A DNA stretch of 64,000 nt from Trichoplax adhaerens (taxonomy: Eukaryota > Animalia > Placozoa). The stretch's first letter is position 1. Every line of letters begins with the position of its first letter. The stretch covers positions 2,189,454 through 2,253,453 of the forward strand of contig NW_002060946.1 of assembly GCF_000150275.1 (NCBI RefSeq), read 5' to 3'. Made by a program: the position numbers and the translations under genes. The notes under the pieces were generated by a model. It saw only the letters and a list, made by a program, of their open reading frames with translations, was not told the DNA's origin and did no database searches. Positions 26,360 through 41,130 of this stretch are shown here, one piece after another.

Positions 26360-29300
26360 ATGATGACTCAACAGGTTTCAAGGCTTTTATTTATTCTTTG
26401 TCTTGTACTTATACAGGTAAGATAGTAATTTAATTTAATAAAGTTTTTATTAGTGCAAGTACCATCGACATCTTTAGTTTTATGTGAATACAAGGGCCTG
26501 AAACAGGCTCATAATATTTAATTTTTTATTTTTTTCCAATCCCTTCTCATGAGATAGCTTATAAATGAACCTCTATATTTCTGTTGGAAATCTATTAGAT
26601 AATAATGTCCTAGGAGTATTATGTACTACCATTATCAAAATTGAAGATAATTCGTTAAAAAGATCTATTGTGATACATACAGAAAGAAGTTTCAATTTCA
26701 ATTACTAATCTTGACGCGTTAAACAGTAAGAAGACCCTCGAACGCGTCAGTTCTCTACGTGTTACCACCAATCCTTCTGTACATTGCCATTGTGCCATCA
26801 TTTATATAATTTTTCTTACTTCTCTGTATACTGGTAAATGCTCTTTTCTGAAGTATAAAAAAAATACTGAATACTAATAATTAGTTTGTTATTTGCCTAT
26901 TATAACTACCGTATTAGTCTATTTCACTATCAAAGGAAGGCAAAATAATCATAAGTTGCTGAAAAAAAACGATTATTTATCGTATATTTTACTTGAACCC
27001 TTGAGTATTTAAAATATGCATGACCTACATTATTGTGATATCGATACATATACTTATATAGCTTATGAATGTGATAGTAGTAGCTGATCTTAACATTTTG
27101 GTACCCTACTAATAGTGTAGTAACACTTTTTAAGGAAAATCATTTTGAAATGGCCATAAAAACAAGAGCAGCTTTGATTTAAATTATATCGAAACATTCA
27201 TTTTTTCGTAGAACCCGTACATTGTAGATGTTGATATCTGTCTTAGCCATACAGAACTGACACAGATTTTACTTTAAACGTTGACTGTAATATTTTAGAG
27301 TGATATTAATAAATAAATTATCATTATATCAACCATTATAAATGTCTTCAGCGTATGTAGAAAATATCCCCAATACCACATTTACAGGATTCTAGTAACG
27401 ACTTCAAATTTTGAACGGAGCGACTAGGATAGGTTTTAGACTGATGTTAAAAATAACAGCAATGATCGGTTGGTGCATGCATTCACGAAATTCGTAATAT
27501 AAATGCTGAACAATTTATATCCACCGGGAAATACTGAAGTTGATTAGCGTATAGATAGAACTAATTTATTGTAATTGATTAATGGATTAAGACGATATCG
27601 ATTAATAGATAAATAAATGTCATTAATGATTTAAGAATTTATTCGATCTTAATCTCATTTTATAATTTGAATGTAGTTAGTTAGTACTATAATTTTAAGG
27701 AGAAGAAAATTCATTGCATATACGGTGGTATTCTAACTAGCGAATTTTTCAAATCTGTAACGCTGTTCTAATCTGTATCTCCCTTACTATCACGGGCTAA
27801 GGTGGCAAATTTATATGCGAATCAAGCCAAGATTACCTTAACGATGGTTCAGTACCGTAATCCTAATCAACATCTTTACACCGGGAGTAAATGTGAATTA
27901 CTATCTGGCTGCGACTACATTTTTAAAATCGATATTGGAACTGTCTCTAGCAAGTCTAGATATTTTCAAATGAGATCAAATACATTGGAAGGACGTGATA
28001 TATTAATATTTACATCTGGCCAAGATTTAGCTCCTGGTATTAAAAATCCTATCTTGGTTAACTTGCAAACACCTCTACCGGTATAGATTTAGTCAAAGAA
28101 CCTTAAATTATACTAATAACCAAATTCACTAACCTTAGTACAGGCCCTGATCTATATTACAAACATATTAAAATTAGTTATAAAATATTAAAATAGTCGA
28201 TCTTATCTATAGAATGAGAGGCTTCAAATCTCTATTGTGGTTGAACATGATGAATATAACGGGAAATACAGCTTAGTCGATAACCTAAAATATGAGTCGG
28301 ATGTTAATTCTGGAACTAATAATAATGGAATCGTTATTTTGGGTGAAAGAACAGCTACTGCTAAGACGGAATTAACAGTAGATTTAAAGATAGAATGTAC
28401 TGAAGGTTGGCAAGATAGCAAATGTGATAAAGGTAATTATAGTATTTTTCCTACCGATTCAAATATTGTAGCATGCCAAAGCAATTTTATCGCATCTATT
28501 TTTCTGATTATTAATTTTTATTTTTCCAAAAAATTGAGATTATCATAACGTTCGTCATCGTCTTTACTTAAAATTATAATATATTTGTCGCTAGAATCAA
28601 ATCCATAATTAAGTTAACGCGACCTAAACGGTTCGAAAGAATGAATTTTTCGCTTATCGTCTCGGCGATAACTAATTTTAAATGAAAAGCTAGCATATTT
28701 TAACAAGACATTAGCTGATAACATAAGAACGATGAACGAGCATTAAGATAACTTGTGATTAAATTTTAGTATCTAAAGACATTTTTGTTTATAATTAATT
28801 ACACTGCAGTAGAATCATTCTATTAAATTTACTTATGCATACCCATTGCAGCTTTATCTATTAGATGATTAATACTAAATCGTCAATTATATCTGCTTCA
28901 ACACGGATAGTGCCCTCAGTATTGTAATTTGTTAAAAATTCTGCTTTAGTCCCAATCTGAACGGATTATCGATGCATTTATTGATTATATATACATTGTG
29001 AGTTTTATTTCTCGGATCTTATTTGTTCATTTTAGAAATTCCCTTAGTTTTTGAAGCTCTTAGTATTATTTTTGATCCTCACATCACATAGCTTGTTAAA
29101 TCTTATATTCTTAACATACCTTTAACTATTTAGCCAGAATCATGGCAAAAGAGATTAAGAAGTAAACTACTTAAATTGGTTCTTTATCAATGCAAATTGC
29201 TGAGGTCAAATTTTTAACGTCCAGATCTATGGTGATGTTCGATAATCATCCATAATCAAGGCAGAAAATTAGGATTGATAATTTAAGAAAATCCTGTACT

Positions 29301-32300
29301 TTTACAGTATAGGTATAGGGCACTGTAAATACTGTTACGTTAGCATTTTCATCCTTCATTAATATTGGTATCACAACTTACACTACAAGTATTTCATTCA
29401 CCGAACGATTGAAAAGGGATAGAGATAATGATTAAACGTTCATGATCTGTAGTGAAATAAAATTTATTTCTGATTTAATCAGAGATTAAAATCAAATTAG
29501 TATCATTTTGTGTTTTAGATTTTTTAGTGTACTATTGAGATATAGAGGAAATTCTTATAGTTTTCAATATTTGCTCATTAAATGTTATTTTATGAAATAC
29601 AGCAATTTGCAGTACTGGATGTAGTCCAATTCATGGGACTTGCAAAAATTCTCCGAATACTTGCAGGTATATTAATCAAGGCTAAGTTCACAATTTTTTC
29701 CAGTTTACTAAAGTAAAGCCAAGTAAATGTTTAACAATTAATTGGAATATAACAGTAGGCCATTGGACTAGAAGATTGTTATTATATATAGTTCATAAAG
29801 AAGTATCATTTTAGCCATTTTACGAATATCCATAAAATATACTTCCGTTACTAAACTTTGATACAAACACATATCACGTTTATCAGTGTAGAACTAATTT
29901 CTGAAATGTATGTATCTCTGTGTTATAGCTGTAATAGCGGTTGGACAGGATCAACCTGTGAAACTTGTCTCAAGCGAACTGACTGTGGTAAGGTGCTATA
30001 GAAATAAAATAGAGGCTGTCAGGATAACAAGTTTATTTACAGTTAAAGTATACCCTAATAAAGTGTTAGCGGTTATAAAGCATTCCATGCTTAAACCCAA
30101 ATTAGTTTTAAAGTCATTTTTTCGTTCTATATCGGTTTAGTAAATGGTAATTGTCAACAGGGAAATGATTGTGTATGTATATCAGGTTGGCATGGCTCTT
30201 TGTGCAATATAGGTGAGATTATTTCCGTATTCTAAAATGAGCCATTACGTAGTGCAAATGGTAATGCGTAATTCTTTTGTTTATACGTTTGCTTAATCTA
30301 TGATCGTTTTCGTTATCAATTGCAGCCAATTGCTCGACAGAATGTCAGCGACATGGGCGTTGCATGGAACCTAATCGTTGCATGTAAGTTGCAAAATCTT
30401 TATTTAAGGAGAAGAGATGCTGATACAATTTAGGATTAAAGAAATTTAATACCTTTTACTGAAGACAATTATGACTCCTGCCATTTTTAAACTCACGCTT
30501 TATTACTGGCCTAATTCGTAATGGACTACACGATATTAAGAATTTTATTCTATTCTGATTATATTACAGCTTAAAGATTATAATAGTATGCGAGAACAAT
30601 ATGGCAGTTATCATCACAATAATGCTTAGTATTTATTGCTGTATGTGGAATGATAGTAAATTAGACGCAATATTACAATGCTTACTTACTGTATGCATGC
30701 TAATAACAAACATATAGCTATCGATACGCTAAGAAATATAATATTTCGTACCAGAAACCACGCACTATTTTCGCTTCGAGTCATAATTAAATCGAAACTA
30801 CCATTGAAATCATTCTTACTCGGTTGATTTCTTTAGCTGTTATCTAGGATGGACTGGGAATAACTGTGATACCTGTTTGAAAAGAAGTGGATGTTCCGGT
30901 GAATTAATACGTTCCTGTCTTTTACATTTAATGCCATACTGATGTTTTATTGAATTTCAGTAATTAATAAGGAAAATATCTAATGCAGCTGTAAAAGTAT
31001 CTCAAATTTAATTTTGATATATTCGTAGAAGAATACGACGTTAATATTTCAACTACTCAATAGTGTCATTCGTACAGCAGATATAGGTGCCTTTAACTAC
31101 TTTAAATTTAGTACAGTGATATCTGGTATCATCCTGTTTGTCTCATATCTTCTTTCAATAATAATTAATACCATAATTTAACAATATTATCAGAAAATGG
31201 ATATTGTGTGAATGGGGATGATTGCGTTTGCAATGAAGGTTGGGATGGTTCAAATTGTGACCGAGGTAATAATCAGATACGTACCAGTATTTGTTTATCT
31301 AATATTACACTTGTTTTCATCAACGAATATAATCTTGAATGCCGTTTGGTATGCTATACCAGATCATTTATATGCTACCTCCCTTACCTAAACTTTATAA
31401 TCAATGTTCACATAGCGCTTCGAAACGTCCTAATAAATAATTTATAATTTGATTATAGATTTACATCCGTGTGCTAACCCGAGTCAGTGCGCAAATGGAG
31501 GTACTTGCATAAGGCTAGGAACAAGTCAATTTCAATGCAATTGTATGGCCCAATTTACTGGTAGCCGATGTGAATATCGTAAGCACAACCGTATTCTATA
31601 TGGCTTTCGCTTAATGTAATTGCAATTAGACAATTTTACACCATGCCAGGGAAATAATTGAGTATCAGTATTCTATTGCTAAGACAAGTAAATTTTTAAT
31701 CTGAATTTATAGTAAAGGTAATTACATCAAGTACTACTGCTCCTATACGAACAATATCTAATCCACAGCTAACATCCACCGTAACACCGACAGCTGAGCA
31801 AATTAGCACAGGTAGTTACTTGATAATGGAATAGCAATTGAAAAATTAGTTCTTAGGATTTAACTTACAATTTCAAAAACTGGCATTTAATTTTTATTGT
31901 ATATTATCTACCGTTGGATCAAATCAGGAAAAATTACAGAAATAATCTCCACAGCTTATTCAACAATTACCAGTACTTCCGTTAGGTCCACGAAAATTGA
32001 AACGACTAGCTCAATGAGGACTACCATCGTAACGAATTCTTTGCAATCTGCTACAAAAACTACTGAAAGATATGAAACAGCTATTACATCAGCATTTATT
32101 TCAACAACGCTTACTCAAACATCATCTACTTTAACCATGTTCACTTCAATACCATCTACTTCAGACATATTTACTCCAACATTATCTACTTCAGCCATGT
32201 TTACTTCAGCTTCATCTATATCAACCATATCTACCCCAGCTACACTAACCCCAACATCATTTATTTCAACAACTCAAGCAGTAGTTGATTCTACAATCTC

Positions 32301-33293
32301 GAAAAGCCCGACAGTATTTACTCCAACATCATCTACTTCAACTCAAACAGTATTTATTTCAACATCTAAGAACCCAACAACATTTACTTCAACCACTCGA
32401 GTAGGTACTACTGTATCTACAACTACTGGGGGATTGCCATCACAGCCTCAGATAATTGGTATAATAGAAGGTGATGATCATTTAAATATTTCGTGGTCAG
32501 CATCTACCAGTACTACAAACGACTTGATCATGTACTATATCCGATACGAAATACGAACTGGCAAAGATGAAGATAGTTCGTGCCCAAACTGCCGAAGTAC
32601 ACCAAAGGTATCTCGATTGTACCATTTACTTGATGGGCTACCTGGAAATACGCCTTATAGGCTTAAGGTTATCGCGGAGAACAGCGTAGGAGATAGCCAG
32701 AGTCAATTCAGATTTGCTAGAACTAAAGGTTTGTTTTCTAACATAGTCGTTATAACTTATATTGTTTTATATGCTAAGCTCGTATGCAGTAATTCACATT
32801 ATGTACGAATTATACGATTGCGTACAGTTTAATTTTAGTGCCTAGTCCTTATAATCATTAGAGTGTATCTTATCTTTTGATTATTGCAATTTCTATGTAT
32901 TAATTATACAAGGCAATGGGACCCCAGGAGGAATTTCAGGTGGCACTTATGGAGCCATTGCAGGAGTAATTGGAGTATGTATCTTAATAACAGGAATTAT
33001 CATTGCATATATCAAATTACGTAAAAAACCAGGTGAGCAACGCTATTGTAAGACATAAGTGGCATATTATTATGATTATGGCAGGATTTTGCCAATTTCT
33101 ACGATTAAAGTCTGAATATTTAATCGATCAACAAATACATAAAAATGTAACAGCGGTCAGATATAAATTAACTGAAACTGTTTAATTAAACTTGCTTATA
33201 TTTGCAGCGGATGACCACCGCAGGATAGAAGATCATCTGTACGACCAAGTTTACGAGTTTACTACGGCATCATCGCAAGTGAGATATGGTTAA
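26360..33293 (+). CDS. Cluster gene B: type I membrane Delta-like-head protein (SP - MNNL/C2 - reduced DSL - 5 EGF - Ser/Thr mucin stalk - FN3 - TM - short Tyr tail)
   Basis: Exons (approx.): 26360-26416 (MMTQQVSRLLFILCLVLIQ); 27802-28080; 28213-28432; EGF 29603-29666, 29929-29987, 30141-30212, 30325-30383, 30837-30898, 31194-31265, 31459-31578 (DLHPCANPSQCANGGTC); 31713-31811; 31928-32728 (mucin + FN3); 32913-33032 (TM YGAIAGVIGVCILITGIIIAYI-KLRKK); 33208-33293 (DHLYDQVYEF...YG*). The last exon could alternatively splice at CAA|GTGAGA. Confidence 0.87.
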
Positions 33294-35874
33294 AACTAGA
33301 TCCGCATTTACATACTTAGAAGATTTATACTTGTAATGCCGCATTAAAGTAATAGTATTTACGATGTAGTTTGATATATGATTTAGTCCGATAAATTATC
33401 TAGGAACTTAGCCTATTATCATACTACACTCTCATGAGCGGATATATAATCATTAAGTATATATTTAATGATCTATATTGTATTTAACGACGAAATTAAT
33501 TTGTAATGACAGCTTACTTGAGTTCAAAAGAGACTATATAGTGAAATAAATAGATTATAGTAAATTCTGCGATAAGAGTGCATATATTTATTCTAGTACG
33601 TCGTCATATTTACCTCGCGATATTTTAGATCTGCGGACTAGATCTTGCCTTGATTCCTTATTATTCATGACAGTTATTTACTTTAATTGATTTGTCAATA
33701 TCTTTATGGCATGATTGAATTGGGAGGACGGAGCGCTCATGTACAATAATTACTTTTGAGCGATAAAAAATAATATAACCATCATGTTACATTTGATGGA
33801 GAGGAAGTATTTTCTTAAACATTTTGTAGCTGATCTATGTGATGACTACATTATCAATTGCTTTTGAGGTGGAAATGCTTAGCCTCGGCGAAAGTGAATA
33901 TTTTACAAGTGTTGTAGGTTATGGGAATCTGGTTTGAAATGAAGTCGATATTTTATGCGTTAAAAATTGGAAATAAATGTTACTATAGAATAGAGTTGTG
34001 CGTATTTCTCCTATAACGAAGAATTTACTATCGTTAGTATCTTAGTTCTACACAATTGCAATATATTATGTTGGATATATTTTATTGAATCATTTTAAAA
34101 ATTTAATAATTAGTGTACGTGTGCTGGAAAGGTTTTCAAGTAACTGCCAACCACGAGTAAGTGTATTTAGCATTGATAATACAGCTACTACACTAACTCA
34201 GCAAAGCGACGGGAGTTTGCACTAGTAATACATGATACAAGAAAGAATGTTAACAATATGAAATTAAAACTGTCATGATACCAGATCTAAAAAAAGTATT
34301 AAAAAGTGCTGCGATACTGTAACATCATCAGTGGTGATTCCGTTGTTAAAAAGTCTGGCAAGAATAGTGTACACGAGATAGCGATCATGCAACACTGCTT
34401 ACAATTATAAAGTACTTTTACCAACTATGGTCACAGAAATGCTATGGGTCGTTTAATTATCCTTTAATACTACAAATATATATTGACTGTACCATAATGT
34501 TGCAATGATCAGGGACTAAATGCGGTAAAGGATCAAACATGAACTACTCAATACCTATCGTTTGCAGAGACTACTAATGTTGCTGTAAAAATGATGAATT
34601 CAAAGTCTGGTAACAATAGGCCAAGACTTTAATTCCTTGCTAAACTTTATTTTATCACCTAAATCAGTTCATCTTGCCAGGGATTATGCCATCTTACGAT
34701 CTAATCTACAAACATAATCTATTTCGGGAGTATACTATAAACCCATACCATGGATTTTTAGATTTAAAAGTCCATATCCATACGTTTATCATAACATACT
34801 GATGCAAAATAGCCCTTGCGAATGAATAAATGAGTTGTGCCATTGATCGTCATACTGGTGTGCACTCACTGTGCAGTACACTGTTATAAAACATACTCTG
34901 CGAACATTATACAGTATTATCCGAAAGATTTTACGTTGCTAAAACTAAGAACCACTAGAAGAACACCGAAGTGGTCCATGCTAAAATAAAGTTCGGAAAA
35001 GTTAGGTATAACCACGAAGAAAAGGCTACCAAAAATTGTTTTTGGTATTTCTCTCACCTCGGTCAACTACTAGATCCATACGTACAGTACAGTACTAAAC
35101 CATATACTGTTACTCGAGATACACATGGCTCAAGCCGCTCAACCACATTCAACTGGTAACCTTCGAATACAGATGCACCGAAGTACGGACACTAGTCGAG
35201 TACAGTGCAATGTACTGTACTGTACAGTACAGTATGTACCCTTGCTGCGGGCATTGTATTGTATTGTACTGCACTGCAATACTTGTGACAGTTTGTTTAT
35301 TATTATTTATTTATTTATTATTTTCAAGTTTACTCATGTTTACTTTTAATTTGTAACAACATATTTTTAATTCCAAAATACAGAGAAATATTTGTTGTGA
35401 AGATAATGACTGGTACAATACTGTGCAATAATGAACCAATCAATTCATTATTGGGTGTACTGTACTGTAAACTGAAGGTATGCAGAATAAAGGAAGAGTA
35501 ATCCCACGAGATTTTGAACTGCCAAAATGGGAAACATAATTTTATATTGATTAGAAATAAATGGGACATTCCTGATAGATTGTCAAGTGCTTGGCACTTT
35601 TTGGTAGCAACAATCATTCGATTATTTGAACAATGGGCAAGATATTTGGAAAGAACTATTTCAATTTGGAATGTTTACTCATTATTGGATTATTGATAAA
35701 ATTTGATGAGTAATGGCGGGATTATTCGGTAATGAATCGATGGTTTACTGTACTGTAGTTTCGTAGCACTATCAGTTATAGAAAGGACAGCACGAGTACA
35801 ATACAAAAGTGAAGAATATAAAAATGAGAGTACATTAGTATCATCTACGATAAATTGAATTTTATTTTAATTAG

Positions 35875-35958
35875 GGACTACTCAAGAAGAAATTACTTTT
35901 CAAGCCACTTGGAGTGGGTATTTTTTCTTAGGAAATGTAATGTTTTCTTGAGTAGTCT
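35875..35958. repeat. Inverted repeat / hairpin (~84 nt)
   Basis: Left arm GACTACTCAAGAAGAAATTACTTTTC versus reverse complement of the right arm GACTACTCAAGAAAACATTACATTTC (23/26 identical). Confidence 0.75.
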
Positions 35959-38593
35959 CGATGCCTGTCAAAGCAAGTAATTAATGAAGCTTTCCTTGAT
36001 CGATGGGACAGTACTGTACACTGTACTGTGTAATGATAGATTAATAAATGATGATTCATCGTGTAATAAACAATATGCTTATTTACTATGAATTGATAAT
36101 AGTGAATAACTCAAATGCCTGATATACGTTGCATTGTGGCGGGTACTAATTCTTTTCCCAAACAACGCATAGTTCAAATTTTTCAATGAATTCATCGATT
36201 TTGCTTGGAGCATTATGTTATTAAAGTTGCATTAATATGTTTGACAGTTCACCTGCAATCTGCTTCGCTACAGCAATTTAAAATGAAGAGATCTGAAAAT
36301 CCGTCAAGTTTACAATCAAAATTTATTCTTTGGATCTCTATTCACTTTCATTTGCAATAATACTCGGAGACTTATCATAAATCCGTATAGACGACAGTGT
36401 TGGTGATTTGCTTATTACTGCGCTTATGAATTACTTTAAGAGCGCTGTCAGAAATGGATCTTGATAGATGAGAACGGTTGCATTGTCTTGAGTACTTCAG
36501 CTAATGAAATGAATTAAACGGCTATAAGAGTATGCTGACTATGGGCTATACTATTATTTTTAATCAGTGATTTTAGAAGGAAAACTGTAGCCAGGCCTGT
36601 ATAGACTAGAAGAGTACTTTATTATAAAAATATCACAACTTTAACGTACACAATATGAACTTATGACTTATGTACATGAACCTAATCTGTTGTAAACAGA
36701 AATAAGGAACCAACAATTTATGATTGATAATAATATCATACTTAATAGAGAGTTAGTTTTCATAAAATAAGGAATAAAGTATAGCAATACATTAATTTAA
36801 CCATAATTTTGATGCAATTCATATGTATAATTGCTCGTATCATATCTAAGCTAAGCATGTTTAGTAAATAATAATGAGATTTTTCACGCAATACGTAAGA
36901 AAATTGCGTCGATATCGCTTGCAACTTGATATCAATTAATTATACGGCAAGCTATAGTAAATTCACAATTAACTTTACGATCCATGCTGGGTTTAGGTAC
37001 AATGACACATATTTGTGAGTTTTAGTAGCATTACATCTAAAATATGACTACGTAATCCAGTTGAAAACACTTAAAGCCTTACATCAATGATTGATTTGGA
37101 ATCGTAAATTATATTTATTATCAAACTCGTATTTGCTATCATGGTTTTCAAATCTATTTCAAAACTACGAGTATCTCAAGTACAATACAATCCATACGCT
37201 AACACTGTATTTCCTACATTTAAGGTTATGATTTATATCGCTTAAAATTTGCATTAAATAGCGTAGCAAATTTGGAAACTTTTCTATAGCATTATATCTT
37301 AATTTCACGAACTTTATTGATGTATCAGACAATATAAATTCTGTTGACCTATTCGATAGGAAATAATACTTGATAGCTTTTCAATCAATTAAAATTTTTA
37401 TTGGATACCGTGCCGTATTACTCAAATTATCAATATATAACGCTTAGAAGTTATCATTATTTGTAATAAGTTCATGTAGAGATAAAATCCTGAGTTAATT
37501 TTCTAAATATGAGTCGAAACCTTTTCTGCCTTTAGTCGATAATATAAATTCACTATCACAATAGCGTATTTAATTAAATAGGACAACTTTTATTATTTCG
37601 TTATGAAATTAGGTACGGTATGTGCGCTCTTACTTTGGCAACTAATATTGCATAATTTTTCATTAGAACATTGATACCAGCGTTCTTTCTATTACAGTTG
37701 CTGATATATAGTATCGATACGGATAAAGACGAATGAAACGGTTGGAGGAGCTTGAGTAATAGTACGGTAACTATTTTATTTATTTACAGACATAGATTCT
37801 AATACTACTTATAACATATGGCTAAGTATCCAGATATTATAAATTTGTGTTGTTTCACTGATATTTACTCCTATGCTTAACTCGGGATGATACGCGTTCG
37901 AAACAATTATAATGTGCGCGGCGTTACAACATAGCAAATTTTTCTTCATTGTATGCACGGACGTATTACAGTATTATGGCGCATTAAGCTTTTTCTGTTT
38001 TCATACTTTGTACTATTTTTATTATATTTCGGGCTTTTTATTCAGTTACAGTTCTTTGGCCAACAGCTATAGTGTGTGCTTAAACCCTAGAAATGTCACT
38101 ACGTGGTTAATATCTCCACTATTGAGTGAAATGCCTACCAGTAAGATATTTCTTTCAGTCAATTCTTCTTCAGCTTGCTTTCTTCGGGTATGTACACGGA
38201 TATTAAAATTGAATTACTTACCGAACTGAAATTTTGAAAATGTAAGCAAGTTTTCAGGTTATTCTAGCATTTTTTTCTTAGTATCGGTCATAGCTCGCTA
38301 GCGCTGTATCTGAGTTTTTGTAAAAATGTCAGTTTATTCCATTTGATTATTGCGCGACTAAATGAAATGTTATGTTTACAGGTATCTTATTCAGGTATAC
38401 ATTAGATGATAAATGTCTCTTGCATTAATAAATGATATATATACAATCCTTGTTAGATGTCCTAGATTAACGAACCAGTGACATTTTCTATTACGCTACT
38501 AAGAAACGGTATTTACTTACTTATACTTTATTTTAATAATTATATTGTATTGTACGATGTAATCATTGGTTATATTCAAAATAATAATTTCAG

Positions 38594-39500
38594 ACAGATG
38601 CATAGAATAAATTCGGTGATGGTCCAATTGCTTCTACCAGAGTTACGACATACAACGTTATTACTACATCACGAGCTACTGCCTTATTAGCGACTGCTTC
38701 ATCGCGAGTTACTACTCATCCACAAGTTACTTCGTCACGAGTTACTCCACCATAACGAATTTCGGACGGTCTTATTGGAGCTATTGGGGGAGTAATTGAA
38801 AGAAGTCTTGTACAGATAGTGATAATCTTTATATTTCTACAGTTCGGTAGAAAGCAAGGTATGAAATACTTTTATAAGATATAAATTATATGCGGATACT
38901 GCCATATTTATTGATTACAGTAATAATTTGTCATTTTCTATGATTAAATACAAATATTATTCGACAAAGAAGATATAAAAATGTAATGGTATTTGAATAT
39001 CTATTCCTTGAATTATTAACGTAACATATTATTTCAAAATTTAAATGTTTATTACGGTAGATCTTCAATATCTGAACATGATAGTATAATTCATATTCTA
39101 ACGTGCTATTGTGTGAAATAAATTCACATACTCGTCATTTTAATCACAACCCTGACAGATTATTGTTCATTTAAATTATTCAGCTACAGATCGACAAACA
39201 TACGGGGTAGTTCTGCCAGTATGCATTTCCGGAATGGTGCAGTAATGTGGAAATCGGTAGTATAAATAACCGTTAAGAAAATTATAGGAAAGTACTGGAG
39301 TATATTATACGGTTGATCGAGATTCTAGCACTCTGCTTGACGGATTCCATCACTGGTACTGTATACTATGGATTAGAGTTTAACTTATAGTAAACACAGT
39401 TGATGATACTGTAGTAACTCTGTGGATCTTTAGAAGTGCGTTTAGGTAGTTATGAATGATTAGAACCTTGGAGTTCTGGTGAGTTATAACGAAGCACAGT
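38594..39500 (+). pseudogene. Pseudogene remnant of a fourth cluster paralogue (mucin + TM + tail exons, gene-B-like)
   Basis: Reads DGPIASTRVTT...RVTPP*RISDGLIGAIGGVIERSLVQIVIIFIFLQFGRKQ|GTATGA, homologous to the gene B TM exon, with an in-frame TAA at ~38753. The following intron resembles 33040-33170, and 36925-37330 resembles gene B upstream DNA 25330-25720. Confidence 0.75.
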
Positions 39501-40419
39501 ACAGATATAGGATAATATGAATACCATGATGAATACCATTGCTAATTTATTTCTTAAAGTCCTTGATACAGTATAATAGCAAGGGGATTGAATGATTAAA
39601 TGACACAATAAAATTGCTATACTGTAGATATACCAAAGTGTAGGCTTCCATGTATAAATTCTGGTGAATTTAGTAATTCAAGTAGATATGTATGTACGCA
39701 TAGCAATGTCTTTTTGCTCTACATGTATCCCATCATTCCTATAGCGGGTTATTTATTATCTATAAGTTTACACTTTATTTATTTTTAATTTATTCAATTC
39801 TTATGTAAAATACAGAGAAATATTTTTGTTTTCTAGGCAGATATTGGTACAAATTATATACTTATCAGTTAGTTTTACTGAATTTGATCCAAAATACGAC
39901 GTCATCCATCTGCAGTATATGAGCGCCAAATACGGCATTCCTGATATTAATAATGACTTGATAATAGCAATAGATTCGGCATTCAGAAAGAACTATTTAA
40001 AGTCGAATTATTTACGCGTAGTAATTACTGTGCTAATTGTTGATAAAATTGATGAATGATAAATGATGATTATTGTACACCGATGTCATCTTCGATAAAC
40101 TAAAATAGACGTAAAAGCAAGCCGTCTTTTTGATCGATTAATTATTTAAACTAAATCAATTCATTAATAACTGATGATTCATCGCATAATTTTAACAACA
40201 TGCTTATTTATTGTTGAATGATAATAAAGAATAGCTGAAATGCTTATGTACGTTATATTGTGGCGGGTATTAAAATCTTATACAACTCATCATTCAAATA
40301 TTTTCAAATGATTCATCGATCTTGCTTGGAGAACATCCAAATTATATTTAACTGTGCGCCAATTTATTGTTGACAATCAAAAAAGCTATAAAATTGTCCT
40401 TAAAAAATCGTAAACAAGA

Positions 40420-41130
40420 ATAGTAGTGTTTTTACAGAGTGTGTGCTATCAACTGTTTGATAATTGTTCAGCAATTTACTAATAATAAAATAAAGGGGAT
40501 TTATAAGCCTGTATGGCTAGTATAACTCAAGTACGCCTATAATTACAATCCACTCTTTCGATATTTGTCTGCTATTATTGACAATAGCTCGGAGGTAAAT
40601 AAGCGGGCAAAGTAGTAAGACTCCTTGGTAAAACTGCCAGTTTTCCTAATTTTACCACCATGATCGTAGCAGTTACGGTGGAGGAGTATTGCTGAAATGA
40701 TTTCAGTAGTTACTCGTCTAAAGCTTATCAAAGGTATAACCCTATATTTTAATCATATTTCTACTAAACTGGCCACGATACATTGCGTTATGTTAATAGT
40801 ATGTCTCTATTCTAGGATTATACAGTAATTATATTATTATTAAAGCGGGCTAATAGATATAGCTGCCTCACATCGTCTATTCTGTTTCGATTTTCGTACA
40901 CACTGTTGATTGTCATTGTTAGAATTTCAGAATCAATGTTATTAAATATGCGTATTCACAGTGCAACAGCTCATCAGCAGTGACTGGATTTAGCTTTACA
41001 AATGAATTATTATTACAGCAGTAATGAATTGGTTGGATTTCAAAAAGAGACGTTAGATACTTTGATTAATGACGCCAAGTATCCAAGGCATAATGCCTAC
41101 GAGCGTAAAACACCCATTTCTTAGGTATCC
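40420..41130 (+). pseudogene. Possible decayed BTB-BACK (kelch-like) fragment
   Basis: Broken fragments VQQLISSD..(NE)..AVMNWLDF (40960-41045) and FLQSVCYQLFDNCSAI (~40430-40480) resemble the BACK/BTB consensus; stops and frameshifts present. Confidence 0.35.

Larger units (their letters stand above)
35300..40380 (+). repeat. Diverged segmental duplication: 35300-36240 resembles 39760-40380
   Basis: Shared blocks in the same order: AAAATACAGAGAAATATTT, CATTCCTGATA, TGATGATTCATCG, ATGCTTATTTA, ATTGTGGCGGGTA, ATTCATCGAT(T/C)TTGCTTGGAG. Confidence 0.8.

Noticed and set aside
34110-34560. EGF-like remnant (YVCWKGFQV..KC)
   Set aside because: A single short motif with no supportable frame or splice context.
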